Shown here: positions 31,370-40,326 of the stretch, piece after piece
How positions within the stretch are numbered: the first letter of the stretch is position 1
How the letters are laid out: every line of letters begins with the position of its first letter
NCBI GenBank assembly: GCA_963729355.1
Contig: CAVSNM010000001.1
Span: 227,244 to 291,243, forward strand
Direction: 5' to 3'
Length of the DNA: 64,000 nt
DNA from: an uncultured Acidobacteriaceae bacterium
Lineage (GTDB): Bacteria; Acidobacteriota; Terriglobia; Terriglobales; Acidobacteriaceae
Made by a program: the position numbers and the translations under genes
Notes under the pieces: model-generated
Seen by the model: only the letters and a program-made list of their open reading frames with translations
The model's database searches: none
Told to the model about the DNA's origin: nothing

Positions 31370-33375
31370 TTCGTGGGCGGAGGAGGTGCGTTATTGCCGG
31401 AACCGCCCGAAGAGCCCCCGTAGCAAGTGTTAGCGTCGAAGGGTAGCGCGCTTCCGGAACCATCTGGCGGCCCACCCATTACATTCAGATAGCATGCCAT
31501 TGCGGGATTAGCGTTGACGTGTCCATTCAAGGCGCCGACCAATGCGCTGCCGCCACAGTGCGCAGTGGTAAGCGCAGCGACCTTGCTGAAGGTCCCGCCG
31601 GAGCATTGTCCCAGGTTTCCACCAGTCACATCGGGCCCAATTGCAGGCCATGGCATAGAACCCCACCATGATGGTTTCGAGGCCAGATAAAACGACGGTG
31701 GCAGGGTATGGCTGCCCGGAATGGAGTTGGGATAGACGGAAATTCCACTCGGCACTTCGCTGTTATTGAACTGACTGCTGCCGTTCACGACGTCATAGTT
31801 CCCCCAGCGAAACATTGTGGAGGCAACGAGAGGATCCGAAGGGATCGGGGGAGACATATTCGGATTGCCAATTCCAAGAGTGTAAACGGCGAACTGGTCA
31901 TTGCCGGTCGTCGTTTGATAGTGAGTATGGTACCCCGGAGTTCCTAAGACGTTTCCGACCACATTGCGATACCGGGCATAGGGGTCGGTCATGTAAGCGT
32001 TAGTCCAGAAGTAGTTCGCAGGGCTGTTAAGCTCCCATCCCGTATAGTAGTTTCGGAAATCGGTGTTCATGAGAGCGGTTCCGTGTACCGTCTCGCCATA
32101 GGAGTTCGATCCAATGTTGCCTTCCCTCAAGATATAGTCGTTGCCATTTGCGTGAGAGCGGAATGATTGATTCTGAACCCCATTTACGGTGGCTTCCTTA
32201 ATCACGAAGTTGTACGCGTAAACGCTGCCGCATTCGCTTCCTTCTTCAACCGTTCCAACCAGAACCTGCTGAATGATGTTGTTCTGGATTAAACCGTCAC
32301 AGGAGTTTGTGACTTGGATGGCCTTCGAGTCGTTGCCAGAATTGCCGTTCTGGCTTGAGCCAAAAAGGTAGCTTTGCTCCACGGTGTAGTGCACGGAATC
32401 ATCAAACTGGATTTGGGCAGTGAACGTGTTAAGAATCCGCACCCCTTTGGCCCAGACGTTCGCTGCATTGAAGAAAACAACGCCAAAGTTTGGCGTTGGA
32501 TCGTTCGTCAGATCGATTGACATGTCCTCGATCCCCGCGTTTTGAATCGGCGTAAAGTACCATGCTTGTGGAGTCTGCCCAGAACGCCAGTTGGGATGCT
32601 TCAGACCGCTCGCTAGGGTCACAACCCCTGAATTCACGGCACTGATCTGAAAAAGCTCCGACTGGAATCGGTGAGGGGTTCCATTGCCGCCATCGGGTCC
32701 GCTGATGGAACAGCCGGCTGTACCTCCCGAATATCTATCGCCGCAGTTGAAATAGTTGCCCGTGTCGACTGCAGAACCGGCACAGTTCACGCCCGAATAG
32801 CCATCATCGCATTGATTCAGGACTAGAACTTTCGTGGTATCAAGACCGCTCGTAGAGGAAAGTGTGACGGTGGTCCCGCCCTGTGTGTAGCCCGCGGTCC
32901 AATTGAGGCCTGTCCCGGGCATCCAGTAGGTCGAATCATTGCTCGAAATACAGACAAAGCTGTTGACGCCCGCACAAGTCGAGCCGGCTCCCATGTTGTT
33001 GGCGGCTACGATGAAAGTAGAATTAGCGCCGGAACCTCTTAACACGACGTTTGACTTGTGGCCAAAATCAATCCCGTTGTGTCCCCAAGTGCCGCCACTG
33101 AGATTGAAAGTCCCAGGGCCCAACAATACGTACTGGTTCTTTCCACACGCTGCAATGGCATTATTGATAGCAGCCGTGGTTCCTGAATAGGCCGCGATTG
33201 TCGAACCGCACTGGGTCCATGAGCCCGAAGGTATACCGCCAACGACCCCCGCATTGGTCCAATCGGTGGCGCGTGATGGGCTGAGGACACCAGACCAGAG
33301 CTGCTGGGCTGCGGATACACCGGTAAAACACACCAAAATCGACATAACAATCAGAAACGCTTTATTTCGGGGCAT
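31348..33375 (-). CDS. Secreted right-handed beta-helix (pectate-lyase-fold) protein
   Basis: Signal peptide MPRNKAFLIVMSILVCFTGVSAAQQ. It is Gly/Asn/Ser/Thr-rich with periodic motifs (..NAGIEDMSIDL.., ..NSCDGLIQNNIIQQV..) typical of parallel beta-helix repeats. The tail is Gly/Ser/Pro-rich. Confidence 0.45.
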   Translation of the reverse strand: MPRNKAFLIVMSILVCFTGVSAAQQLWSGVLSPSRATDWTNAGVVGGIPSGSWTQCGSTIAAYSGTTAAINNAIAACGKNQYVLLGPGTFNLSGGTWGHNGIDFGHKSNVVLRGSGANSTFIVAANNMGAGSTCAGVNSFVCISSNDSTYWMPGTGLNWTAGYTQGGTTVTLSSTSGLDTTKVLVLNQCDDGYSGVNCAGSAVDTGNYFNCGDRYSGGTAGCSISGPDGGNGTPHRFQSELFQISAVNSGVVTLASGLKHPNWRSGQTPQAWYFTPIQNAGIEDMSIDLTNDPTPNFGVVFFNAANVWAKGVRILNTFTAQIQFDDSVHYTVEQSYLFGSSQNGNSGNDSKAIQVTNSCDGLIQNNIIQQVLVGTVEEGSECGSVYAYNFVIKEATVNGVQNQSFRSHANGNDYILREGNIGSNSYGETVHGTALMNTDFRNYYTGWELNSPANYFWTNAYMTDPYARYRNVVGNVLGTPGYHTHYQTTTGNDQFAVYTLGIGNPNMSPPIPSDPLVASTMFRWGNYDVVNGSSQFNNSEVPSGISVYPNSIPGSHTLPPSFYLASKPSWWGSMPWPAIGPDVTGGNLGQCSGGTFSKVAALTTAHCGGSALVGALNGHVNANPAMACYLNVMGGPPDGSGSALPFDANTCYGGSSGGSGNNAPPPPTNLTGTVQ

Positions 33376-33462
33376 TTGTCCTCGCTGGCAGTCATGGATT
33401 ACAAATGCAGACTAACGGCTATATTCAGCGAGCTCAAGGCACGGAAGTACACGGTCAGAATC

Positions 33463-34305
33463 TCAAGGACATGGCTCTAAGCCACAGATAGCACGCCTTC
33501 TAGCCGATGACCGGCCGGCCGCCCGAGGAGTGGCGCGGCCTTCCAGGAGACCGGTTTTTGAGAGAACTTCCAAACCTTGGACGACCGGAAGGATTCTAGC
33601 CCCAGATTTCTCGGCGTACTGGACCACATCTTCGAAGAATTCCGGGGTAACTCCGAATCGGCTTGGTTCTTTTGCCACATCGTGAGTGGCAAAAATCAAC
33701 CATCCCCGCTCTTTTCGATTGGTGTCGATCAAGTCCTTTACTTCCTGCATTCGGTCCCGACCCTGTTCCAGAAAGTAGGCGGAGAGCTGGTTGAGGTCAG
33801 CCGTACCGACGTTCAGAGTCTGACCGCCTCCCCTACAGGACATAAAATGCCTGGACGCCTGGCGTTTCGACCATGGTCGAGGCTCGCTGATTGGGTACGA
33901 GAACGATTTGAATTCTGCGCCGGGTAAAAGCTCGTTTAGTTTTTTACGGTTTTGAATGATCGAATCCTCAAATACTGATGTCTTTGTGTCCCAAGAATGA
34001 CAATGGGAAAATGTGTGCGACGCTAGTTCGTGTCCTTGTTTCAGGAGCGCGCTTAAATCTTCTAAAACGAACGTGGTGCCGGATGGTTCGTCAGTCCTAC
34101 CCATCAAGCCGAGAGCTGTGTAGTAAGTTCCGGCAACACCATGTTGATTTAAAATTGCTCCGCCCATACGTAGTGCCGACCGCGGAAAATCGTCGAAAGT
34201 GAAGGAAATTATTGGTTGGGTTCCGATCATCAGTGGTCTTCTGAACAGGAACCGTGCGGAATTCCTTTCAATATATCCGCCAATTCTTGCCCGCGAGGTG
34301 CGCAT
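33463..34305 (-). CDS. Polysaccharide deacetylase (CE4, NodB homology domain)
   Basis: ISFTFDDFPRSA (TFDD motif) and HELASHTFSH (H-x-x-x-H) are canonical CE4 motifs. The Met at 34305 gives a TAATG stop/start overlap with the upstream gene. Confidence 0.8.
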   Translation of the reverse strand: MRTSRARIGGYIERNSARFLFRRPLMIGTQPIISFTFDDFPRSALRMGGAILNQHGVAGTYYTALGLMGRTDEPSGTTFVLEDLSALLKQGHELASHTFSHCHSWDTKTSVFEDSIIQNRKKLNELLPGAEFKSFSYPISEPRPWSKRQASRHFMSCRGGGQTLNVGTADLNQLSAYFLEQGRDRMQEVKDLIDTNRKERGWLIFATHDVAKEPSRFGVTPEFFEDVVQYAEKSGARILPVVQGLEVLSKTGLLEGRATPRAAGRSSARRRAICGLEPCP

Positions 34306-35639
34306 TAACCCGCCAAGGGCGACCACGCGCCTCTTATCCTCAACCAGATCGATACGACTGAAACGCTAGCGAAAATCAGAAGGAACGGGACAAGCGGAAT
34401 GCTGTGACGAGCGTGGGCGATTATCGGAGCATGAACCGCGACAATGTAAATGATGAAAGTCAAAATAATTCCCATATTTCGGACCAAACCTCGCTTCCAA
34501 AGCAGGCAAACACCGTATCCAGCTAAAAATAATATGGGAAGCTGAATCGCCACGTTCATCCAAGTTGCTTGCCAGGTCTTTCCCAGGAACCAAAACTTTA
34601 GGACATTTTCTCCGGCGCACTGTGCCAGAAGAATTGGGTCTTCGCGATACTCGGCTTCTACTCCTCGGAGAAGGGTCCGGTTAAAAGTCACTTCGTCTTG
34701 TGGCGTATGAAAGAGCTGATAGTAATCGCCCTCGAATGGGACGCCCAGTTGAGCGGCTATTAGGTTGCGCTGGTGTGCCGCCGCTCGCTGCGATAAATAA
34801 AAACTCGTATCAAAAGACAAGTTTTCGCAGGTGTAAAGGCCTTCCTGCGCTGCAACTCCCTGGACGGTTGCGGTGGGAACGAACTGATGAACTAGCAAGT
34901 AATTCCGGATCACCCAGGGGGACATCGTAACCACCATGCCCAGCACTAGAACAGCGATATTCGCTATTACCTTGAATCGCTCTCTGGGACCATTCGCAAT
35001 CCAGAGCAAATAAACTAACAAAAACACAGGGAAAAACATCGGGGTGCTTCTCACCAAAACTACAATGCCCAAAACTAACCCCGCTCCGAAATAAAACGCT
35101 CGATTCCCTCTCTCGACCGCGCCATGCAGAACCAGCATGAATAACATCAATGCGAATATAAAAGCTATTTCGACTCCTGCTCTCGTCTCAGAAATCAAGA
35201 TGCTTGGATAAATCAGAAACAACAAAGTTGCGATGAAGGCTGTTGTACCATCGGCCGTCACTCGTACCGCAAGTCTCATTACCATGAAGGCAATTCCGGC
35301 AACGAGCAACAAATTGGCTATTTGTGCAGTCTCGACACGGTAGACGCCGATTTTAAAGACCCCGGCAAGAAACAACGGGTAGCCGGGCTCCCGCATCATG
35401 GTTTCGCCCATCTCCGCATCAACGCGATACCCCACACCCTGATTAATGTTGTTTGCGATCAAATCATAGAGATCTCCATGATTCCCAAACTCCGGCCCGT
35501 ACCTGGGCGACAAGAATGTGGCTATGCGCGGGACAGCCACGAACAGCATTACAGCGTTAACGACAATCGCCGCTATGAGGAAGAATAGTTGATTCCTCTT
35601 TTGGTTTCGAATCACAGGTATTTGAAGGGATGTTGTCAT
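34305..35639 (-). CDS. GT39/GT83-like (ArnT/PMT-like) polytopic glycosyltransferase
   Basis: 444 aa with about 10 TM segments. A first periplasmic loop contains ..MREPGYPLFLAGVFKI.., as in ArnT/PMT_2-type enzymes that use polyprenyl-phosphate sugars. Confidence 0.55.
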   Translation of the reverse strand: MTTSLQIPVIRNQKRNQLFFLIAAIVVNAVMLFVAVPRIATFLSPRYGPEFGNHGDLYDLIANNINQGVGYRVDAEMGETMMREPGYPLFLAGVFKIGVYRVETAQIANLLLVAGIAFMVMRLAVRVTADGTTAFIATLLFLIYPSILISETRAGVEIAFIFALMLFMLVLHGAVERGNRAFYFGAGLVLGIVVLVRSTPMFFPVFLLVYLLWIANGPRERFKVIANIAVLVLGMVVTMSPWVIRNYLLVHQFVPTATVQGVAAQEGLYTCENLSFDTSFYLSQRAAAHQRNLIAAQLGVPFEGDYYQLFHTPQDEVTFNRTLLRGVEAEYREDPILLAQCAGENVLKFWFLGKTWQATWMNVAIQLPILFLAGYGVCLLWKRGLVRNMGIILTFIIYIVAVHAPIIAHARHSIPLVPFLLIFASVSVVSIWLRIRGAWSPLAG

Positions 35640-35688
35640 GCGCTAAGACACAGGCTCAGTCTGCCGAACATTCTTGTAACGGAACCCA

Positions 35689-36843
35689 TTAAATGCGAGA
35701 CCGCCCGGCTGGCTTATTCCAGGTATAAACAGAGGTCACAACGTAATTCCAAATCGAACCGACCACAATGCCGGCTAAGGCGGCCACAACCCAGACAGTC
35801 CCATGCTTGAAAAGATAAGAAGAGACTTCGATATTGCCAAGGGCGCCGATCGAGCATGCCAGCATAAAGGAAAACAAACCCCTGACCCAACGCAACCCGG
35901 CGAGCCGCATATCCCGGTAGGTCAGCGAATTGTTCAACATGTAATTTCCCACCATCGCCAGAATTGTGGCGGTGCCCTGACTGACGCTGAATGGCAACGA
36001 GAGCGCGCGAAAAAGAGTAGTCAGAACTGCGAAATGAACAAAAACTCCCACTGAACCAACTAGAACGAAGGCAACAAATCTTATTGGAACGATATGACCG
36101 AAAAGTTTATCGCCAAGCAGCATCAGATAGCCCCACATGGCCTGGCTATCCAATTTGCTCTCACCTGCGTGTCGATTACGAAATTCATACGGTATTTCCT
36201 TCACCCGCAAAGTTCGCGGGGACGACGCAACCACATCCACCAGAATTTTGAATCCGATGTTCGAGAGATCGCGAACTACGGCTTCCAAGGTGTCTCGGCG
36301 CAGAGCAAAGAATCCACTCATGGGATCGGATAGTTCCCGTTTGATAACCGCCCGGCTCAAATGGGTTGCGAAGCGGCTCATTTTGGCCCGAGATTGGTCC
36401 CAAGACCCAATTCCGCCGCCGTCAATGTAGCGGCTGCCAATAATAATGTCTACGTCTCCGACCTTCAGGGCCTCCAACATGAGCGGCAGGACTGCCTCGT
36501 CATGTTGGCAATCCGCATCCATAACCGCGAGATAGGGCGCCGCACTTGCCATCATGCCCTCGACGCAAGCGGAAGAGAGACCGCGCCTCCCAACTCGCTG
36601 GAGGCAGCGCACACGCCGATTGCGACCCGCGATCTCCCGGACGTATTGGGCGGTGCCGTCGGTAGAGTCGTCGTCCACAAAAATAACCTCCCAATCCTTT
36701 CCCTTAAGACACGCTTCCAGTCGCTGCACTACTTCCAAAATGTTATCCCGTTCATTAAATGTTGGAACGATAATAGAGAACTCAGCCGGATTGCTTTCGA
36801 TTGCATTACTCACGACGTCCAACGTCTGGATCTCGATTTCCAT
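35689..36843 (-). CDS. Polyprenyl-phosphate glycosyltransferase (GT2, Dpm1/ArnC-like) fused to a GtrA-like C-terminal membrane domain
   Basis: FSIIVPTFNERDNILEVVQRL......WEVIFVDDDSTDGT and ..VMDADCQHD.. (GT2). These are followed by four hydrophobic helices with a GtrA-like pattern (..NY.LNN..T...). Confidence 0.7.
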   Translation of the reverse strand: MEIEIQTLDVVSNAIESNPAEFSIIVPTFNERDNILEVVQRLEACLKGKDWEVIFVDDDSTDGTAQYVREIAGRNRRVRCLQRVGRRGLSSACVEGMMASAAPYLAVMDADCQHDEAVLPLMLEALKVGDVDIIIGSRYIDGGGIGSWDQSRAKMSRFATHLSRAVIKRELSDPMSGFFALRRDTLEAVVRDLSNIGFKILVDVVASSPRTLRVKEIPYEFRNRHAGESKLDSQAMWGYLMLLGDKLFGHIVPIRFVAFVLVGSVGVFVHFAVLTTLFRALSLPFSVSQGTATILAMVGNYMLNNSLTYRDMRLAGLRWVRGLFSFMLACSIGALGNIEVSSYLFKHGTVWVVAALAGIVVGSIWNYVVTSVYTWNKPAGRSRI

Positions 36844-38282
36844 TAGATCTGCTCCCCTCTAAATGTGGGCACACTGATGGATGCGACCGGATCTTGAACG
36901 ATCGCTAACGAGCGGTCAGCTCTTTCATTACTCTTAAGCATTACTCGCGAATTTCTTACCCTAGCCTTTAGAGCCGGGAAATCGACTAACATCAGCAGCG
37001 AGGTAACCCAGAGAGGACTCAGCCTGGCAAACATGGATTCTGAGAGATCATAAATAATCAAAACAATTAAAATTGCGAATCTAATCTTTTGGAATCGATC
37101 GACATGCACCCTCTTCAGAAGACGTCTTCCGCTGGCAACCAGGAAGCACAACAGGACAAACAAGCCAATGACCCCACCGTCGAGATAAATATCCAGATAG
37201 CCGCAATGTGCGTTCGGGATGGGTGTGTGCATTGCCCGCATTATCGCCAGGCCACCTCTCCCGCCCCAAAAGTTCCAATATCCCGCACCAATGATTGGGT
37301 TTACGGTAGTCGCGGTAATGTGTTCCCAAATATCGGTTCTGCCGGTGAATGTCATGTCCCGCCCCAACGCCTCAACTACCGGAGCGATAAACGAACTGAA
37401 CTGCTGTGAGAAAAACAGAAGAAATGGAGTACAGAGGGCCGCAAATAAAACTATTTTACTAACCCTCCTGGAAGCTAGCCACCCAGTCCTCATTATTAAG
37501 GCCGCGCCAATTAATAGACAGACCAGCGCGGTCTTGCTCTGTGACATATTCAAAAGCCAAACACCCATCAGTAAAAGCACTATGCGTTCCCACGGCATCG
37601 CGCCCCATCCTCTTGCCGCGTTTGCCCGCCGTACCTCCAGCCAGTCCCAAAATAAAAACAAACTAAAAACCAGCACGATCTCTCCCAAGCTATTCTTTTG
37701 CATGGTCACACCGGTATACATCGGCTCTCCTCCCCGGCTGTAGTCCCGGGCATAGCTTGGAAAATATCTAATAAGGACTACTGAGAGCGGGAACAATACG
37801 CATGCGCATCGTACGTATACGGCTCTTATCGCCTGCAGCGGATCTTTTTCAGAGAGAATAATCGCGACTACAAAAAGCATCCCAAAATCTTTGACCAATC
37901 TTTTTGTCGATCCGAAGGGATCGTCGGACCAAAGCAGGCTGATGGCGAAGTAACAGTAGAACACCATGAGCGCGGTATTCGCTCCGAAGAACCGCTTCCA
38001 TTGAACCCGTCGCGAATAGCCCACGAGGAGCCCGCCCACCAGTACTGAGAGGTAGAACACCTGCTCAATTGAACTTCGTTCCGCATCATTGGAAAGGCCC
38101 GTCGGGCTGGTAGAAGGAGTACCTGCTCTAATCCATACTGACACCGGTCTTGAGCCGAGAATTAAGAGCAATATAGTCGGTATCCATATTGCCCAGCCGT
38201 TCACCGACCTGCGCTGCTTAATATCGCGCGCGAGAAGTCCAGCGATAAATACCAGGCAAAGAATTAGTGCTATGGCTGCCAT
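36843..38282 (-). CDS. O-antigen ligase / Wzy-type polymerase-like membrane protein
   Basis: 479 aa polytopic. The Wzy_C-like region reads ..SKTALVCLLIGAAL.. / ..FTGRTDIWE.. / ..NAHCGYLDIYLDGGVIG... It fits the O-antigen-ligase-like proteins of exosortase-associated loci. Confidence 0.6.
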   Translation of the reverse strand: MAAIALILCLVFIAGLLARDIKQRRSVNGWAIWIPTILLLILGSRPVSVWIRAGTPSTSPTGLSNDAERSSIEQVFYLSVLVGGLLVGYSRRVQWKRFFGANTALMVFYCYFAISLLWSDDPFGSTKRLVKDFGMLFVVAIILSEKDPLQAIRAVYVRCACVLFPLSVVLIRYFPSYARDYSRGGEPMYTGVTMQKNSLGEIVLVFSLFLFWDWLEVRRANAARGWGAMPWERIVLLLMGVWLLNMSQSKTALVCLLIGAALIMRTGWLASRRVSKIVLFAALCTPFLLFFSQQFSSFIAPVVEALGRDMTFTGRTDIWEHITATTVNPIIGAGYWNFWGGRGGLAIMRAMHTPIPNAHCGYLDIYLDGGVIGLFVLLCFLVASGRRLLKRVHVDRFQKIRFAILIVLIIYDLSESMFARLSPLWVTSLLMLVDFPALKARVRNSRVMLKSNERADRSLAIVQDPVASISVPTFRGEQI

Positions 38283-38325
38283 TCGGCGAATTTGCGGTTA
38301 ATACAGCCGTCTCGTGAATCGCACG

Positions 38326-40161
38326 TTAGTCGAGAAAGAGGCGGTGCTGCAGTTCTAAGGTAAGTAGTCGGCTGATCTCGGTTGTGTAGTTCCGATCGCC
38401 TTTGACGTGATGGCCTACGATCTCCTCCAGAACATGCGCTTGGATGTAAGGACGCGAGAGAGTTCTGGGGTCAAGAAGTATTTCTTTAACGTATTTAGAC
38501 AGCTGGTCGCGATACCAGACGCGGTAATGATTAAACTTGTGTCTGCCCAAAAACAAGCGTTCGAGGTGCAACGGCGAAAGGACATGATCGACTTCCGCCA
38601 GCCACTGCGGCATGCCGTAGTCATAAGCGTATTCTGCCTTAAATGTGAACTCGAGCAGGGCGCGCGAAATAGGCGTCGACCACCGTCCCGGCGCGCCACC
38701 CAGTCCGCGATCGGTTGGAATCTGCTGAAGAACGGGGTCACCATCCGCGATTAACCGGCCACACTCATCGTTATTCTCGAAGAGATCGCTTTTTGCAATT
38801 TTCGCGTTCGGGGCGCGAAACGCAGTCTTCACAAGATCGTTGTCCAAAAACGGAGATCGCAAAGTGAGCTGAGTTTGCTCCAGCGCGAGCAGACCATATT
38901 GATACCAAGGCGCTTGGCGGAACGCGGTAAAAGACACCGCATGACCATCAAGAATGCGAGCGTACGTCTCTTTTGCGGTGTTTATCTGCAAAAGAAACTC
39001 AGGGTTGAAGAGTCCCGCGGTAGTTTCGGCCGGTTTGAAAGCGCGCAGCCGACGCAGGATCTCGCTGCCATAATTTCCGGTCATTCTTACGGGTGCAATT
39101 TGAGCGGCAAGCTCGTTCGCGTACAGATCAGAGGCGCGGTTGACTGAGGCACACCCGTCGCTCAAGTAAACGGTACGCTCCGCGTAGTGTGAAAATTTCG
39201 CCAGGAAATCTTCTCCTACGGGAATCACCTTGTAGGGTTGTTTGCAAATTTTCGCGATTTCTCTCGCAATAATAACGTCCTGGCAATCGCGGTATAGTCC
39301 ACCAAAGGTGTAACACGGAAGCGACGCGGGGGCGGCTTTCCACCAGGCCATAATCATCCGCGTATCAAGTCCACCGGTAAGGGAGATTCCGATGGGCTCC
39401 GACCCATTGAAGTAGCGAGGAAGGTTGCGGGAAAACACTTCCCGGAGTTGTTCGTAATAAGCCTCTTGGCTCAGCGATCCTTGATTCTCCCATTCGGATG
39501 GCTCGAAATAGACACGTTTGCGCTCCAGATTTCCATTCCGAAACAACCAGGCTGACCCAGGAGGCAGCACCTCAATTCCTTTGAAAAGAGTGCGGTTCTC
39601 CAACACGCAGCCGCAAGCAACAAACTCCCCCAAACTCTTGGGATCCGCCGAGCAAAGTTCCGGACAAACTTCCATGATCGCTTTTGCTTCCGCCGCAAAA
39701 TAGAAGGCTTCCTTCGACTCGTGGTAATAAATTCGGTGCATGCCGTAGCGGTCGTTGAACAGTGTGGCCGTTCCACTGCTGAGATTGATCCGCAGACCGT
39801 GAAATCGACCATTTAATGATGCAGGGAAGCCCTCGTCCTCCTCTGCCACATGGACAAGGTAGGATGGTCCCATAAGTTTGAGGGCGTGACCCCGGCCTTC
39901 TAGGCCACGGGCAGTTTTCGGGTCTGGGTATTCCTCTCCGGAAAAAGCGAGGACGATATCCCGTCGTTCGTTTACGAGAGGCATGGACTCGGAGAAGGAG
40001 TTCTTTCGAGCTGTCCAACCAATATAGATGCCAGTCGATTCATCAACCCATGTACCAGTGACATAACGATCCTGATGGTTTATACACTTCACCATCCTGA
40101 GCAGGCGCGGTTGAGCCCAATCACTCGACACGCGCGTTATGAGACCGACAATCCCTGGCAT
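38326..40161 (-). CDS. Asparagine-synthetase (AsnB) family protein lacking the N-terminal Cys nucleophile
   Basis: The N-terminus is MPGIVGLI (AsnB normally has MCG..), there is an Ntn-amidotransferase-like first half, and the PP-loop is ISLTGGLDTR in the synthetase half. The listed ORF start at 40224 adds 21 residues that have no counterpart in the canonical AsnB N-terminus. Confidence 0.7.
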   Translation of the reverse strand: MPGIVGLITRVSSDWAQPRLLRMVKCINHQDRYVTGTWVDESTGIYIGWTARKNSFSESMPLVNERRDIVLAFSGEEYPDPKTARGLEGRGHALKLMGPSYLVHVAEEDEGFPASLNGRFHGLRINLSSGTATLFNDRYGMHRIYYHESKEAFYFAAEAKAIMEVCPELCSADPKSLGEFVACGCVLENRTLFKGIEVLPPGSAWLFRNGNLERKRVYFEPSEWENQGSLSQEAYYEQLREVFSRNLPRYFNGSEPIGISLTGGLDTRMIMAWWKAAPASLPCYTFGGLYRDCQDVIIAREIAKICKQPYKVIPVGEDFLAKFSHYAERTVYLSDGCASVNRASDLYANELAAQIAPVRMTGNYGSEILRRLRAFKPAETTAGLFNPEFLLQINTAKETYARILDGHAVSFTAFRQAPWYQYGLLALEQTQLTLRSPFLDNDLVKTAFRAPNAKIAKSDLFENNDECGRLIADGDPVLQQIPTDRGLGGAPGRWSTPISRALLEFTFKAEYAYDYGMPQWLAEVDHVLSPLHLERLFLGRHKFNHYRVWYRDQLSKYVKEILLDPRTLSRPYIQAHVLEEIVGHHVKGDRNYTTEISRLLTLELQHRLFLD

Positions 40162-40251
40162 ATCAGATCCGCTCTTGGGTAGCACACCAAGAGCTGCGCA
40201 CCGAAGAAATTTGCTCGACACCATTGCGGAACATTCGTTAGGAGATAGGGT

Positions 40252-40326
40252 TGGAGCCGGCGGGAGGATTTGAACACCCCGTCTGCCGATTACAATTCGG
40301 CCGCTCTACCATTGAGCTACACCGGC
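40252..40326 (-). tRNA. tRNA-Thr (anticodon TGT), CCA encoded
   Basis: The minus strand reads GCCGGTG TA GCTC AATGGTA GAGC G GCCGA ATTGTAA TCGGC AGACG GGGTG TTCAAAT CCTCC CGCCGGC T CCA. All four arms form. There is one G-U pair in the acceptor stem, and one G-U pair plus one U-C mismatch in the T stem. Confidence 0.75.

Noticed and set aside
36843-38282. Considered whether this polytopic protein is the missing exosortase.
   Set aside because: Its conserved stretches (SKTALV.., FTGRTDIWE, NAHCGYLDIYLDGG) match the Wzy_C/O-antigen-ligase pattern. I see no exosortase-type Cys/Arg/His arrangement. HMM confirmation is still needed.
40252-40326. Considered that the tRNA might be a pseudogene or a fortuitous cloverleaf, because of the U-C mismatch in the T stem and its odd position.
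   Set aside because: It is kept as a tRNA. The acceptor, D and anticodon stems, U33, the TTCAAAT T-loop, the discriminator plus CCA and the total length of 75 nt are all canonical. The doubt is noted in the confidence value.
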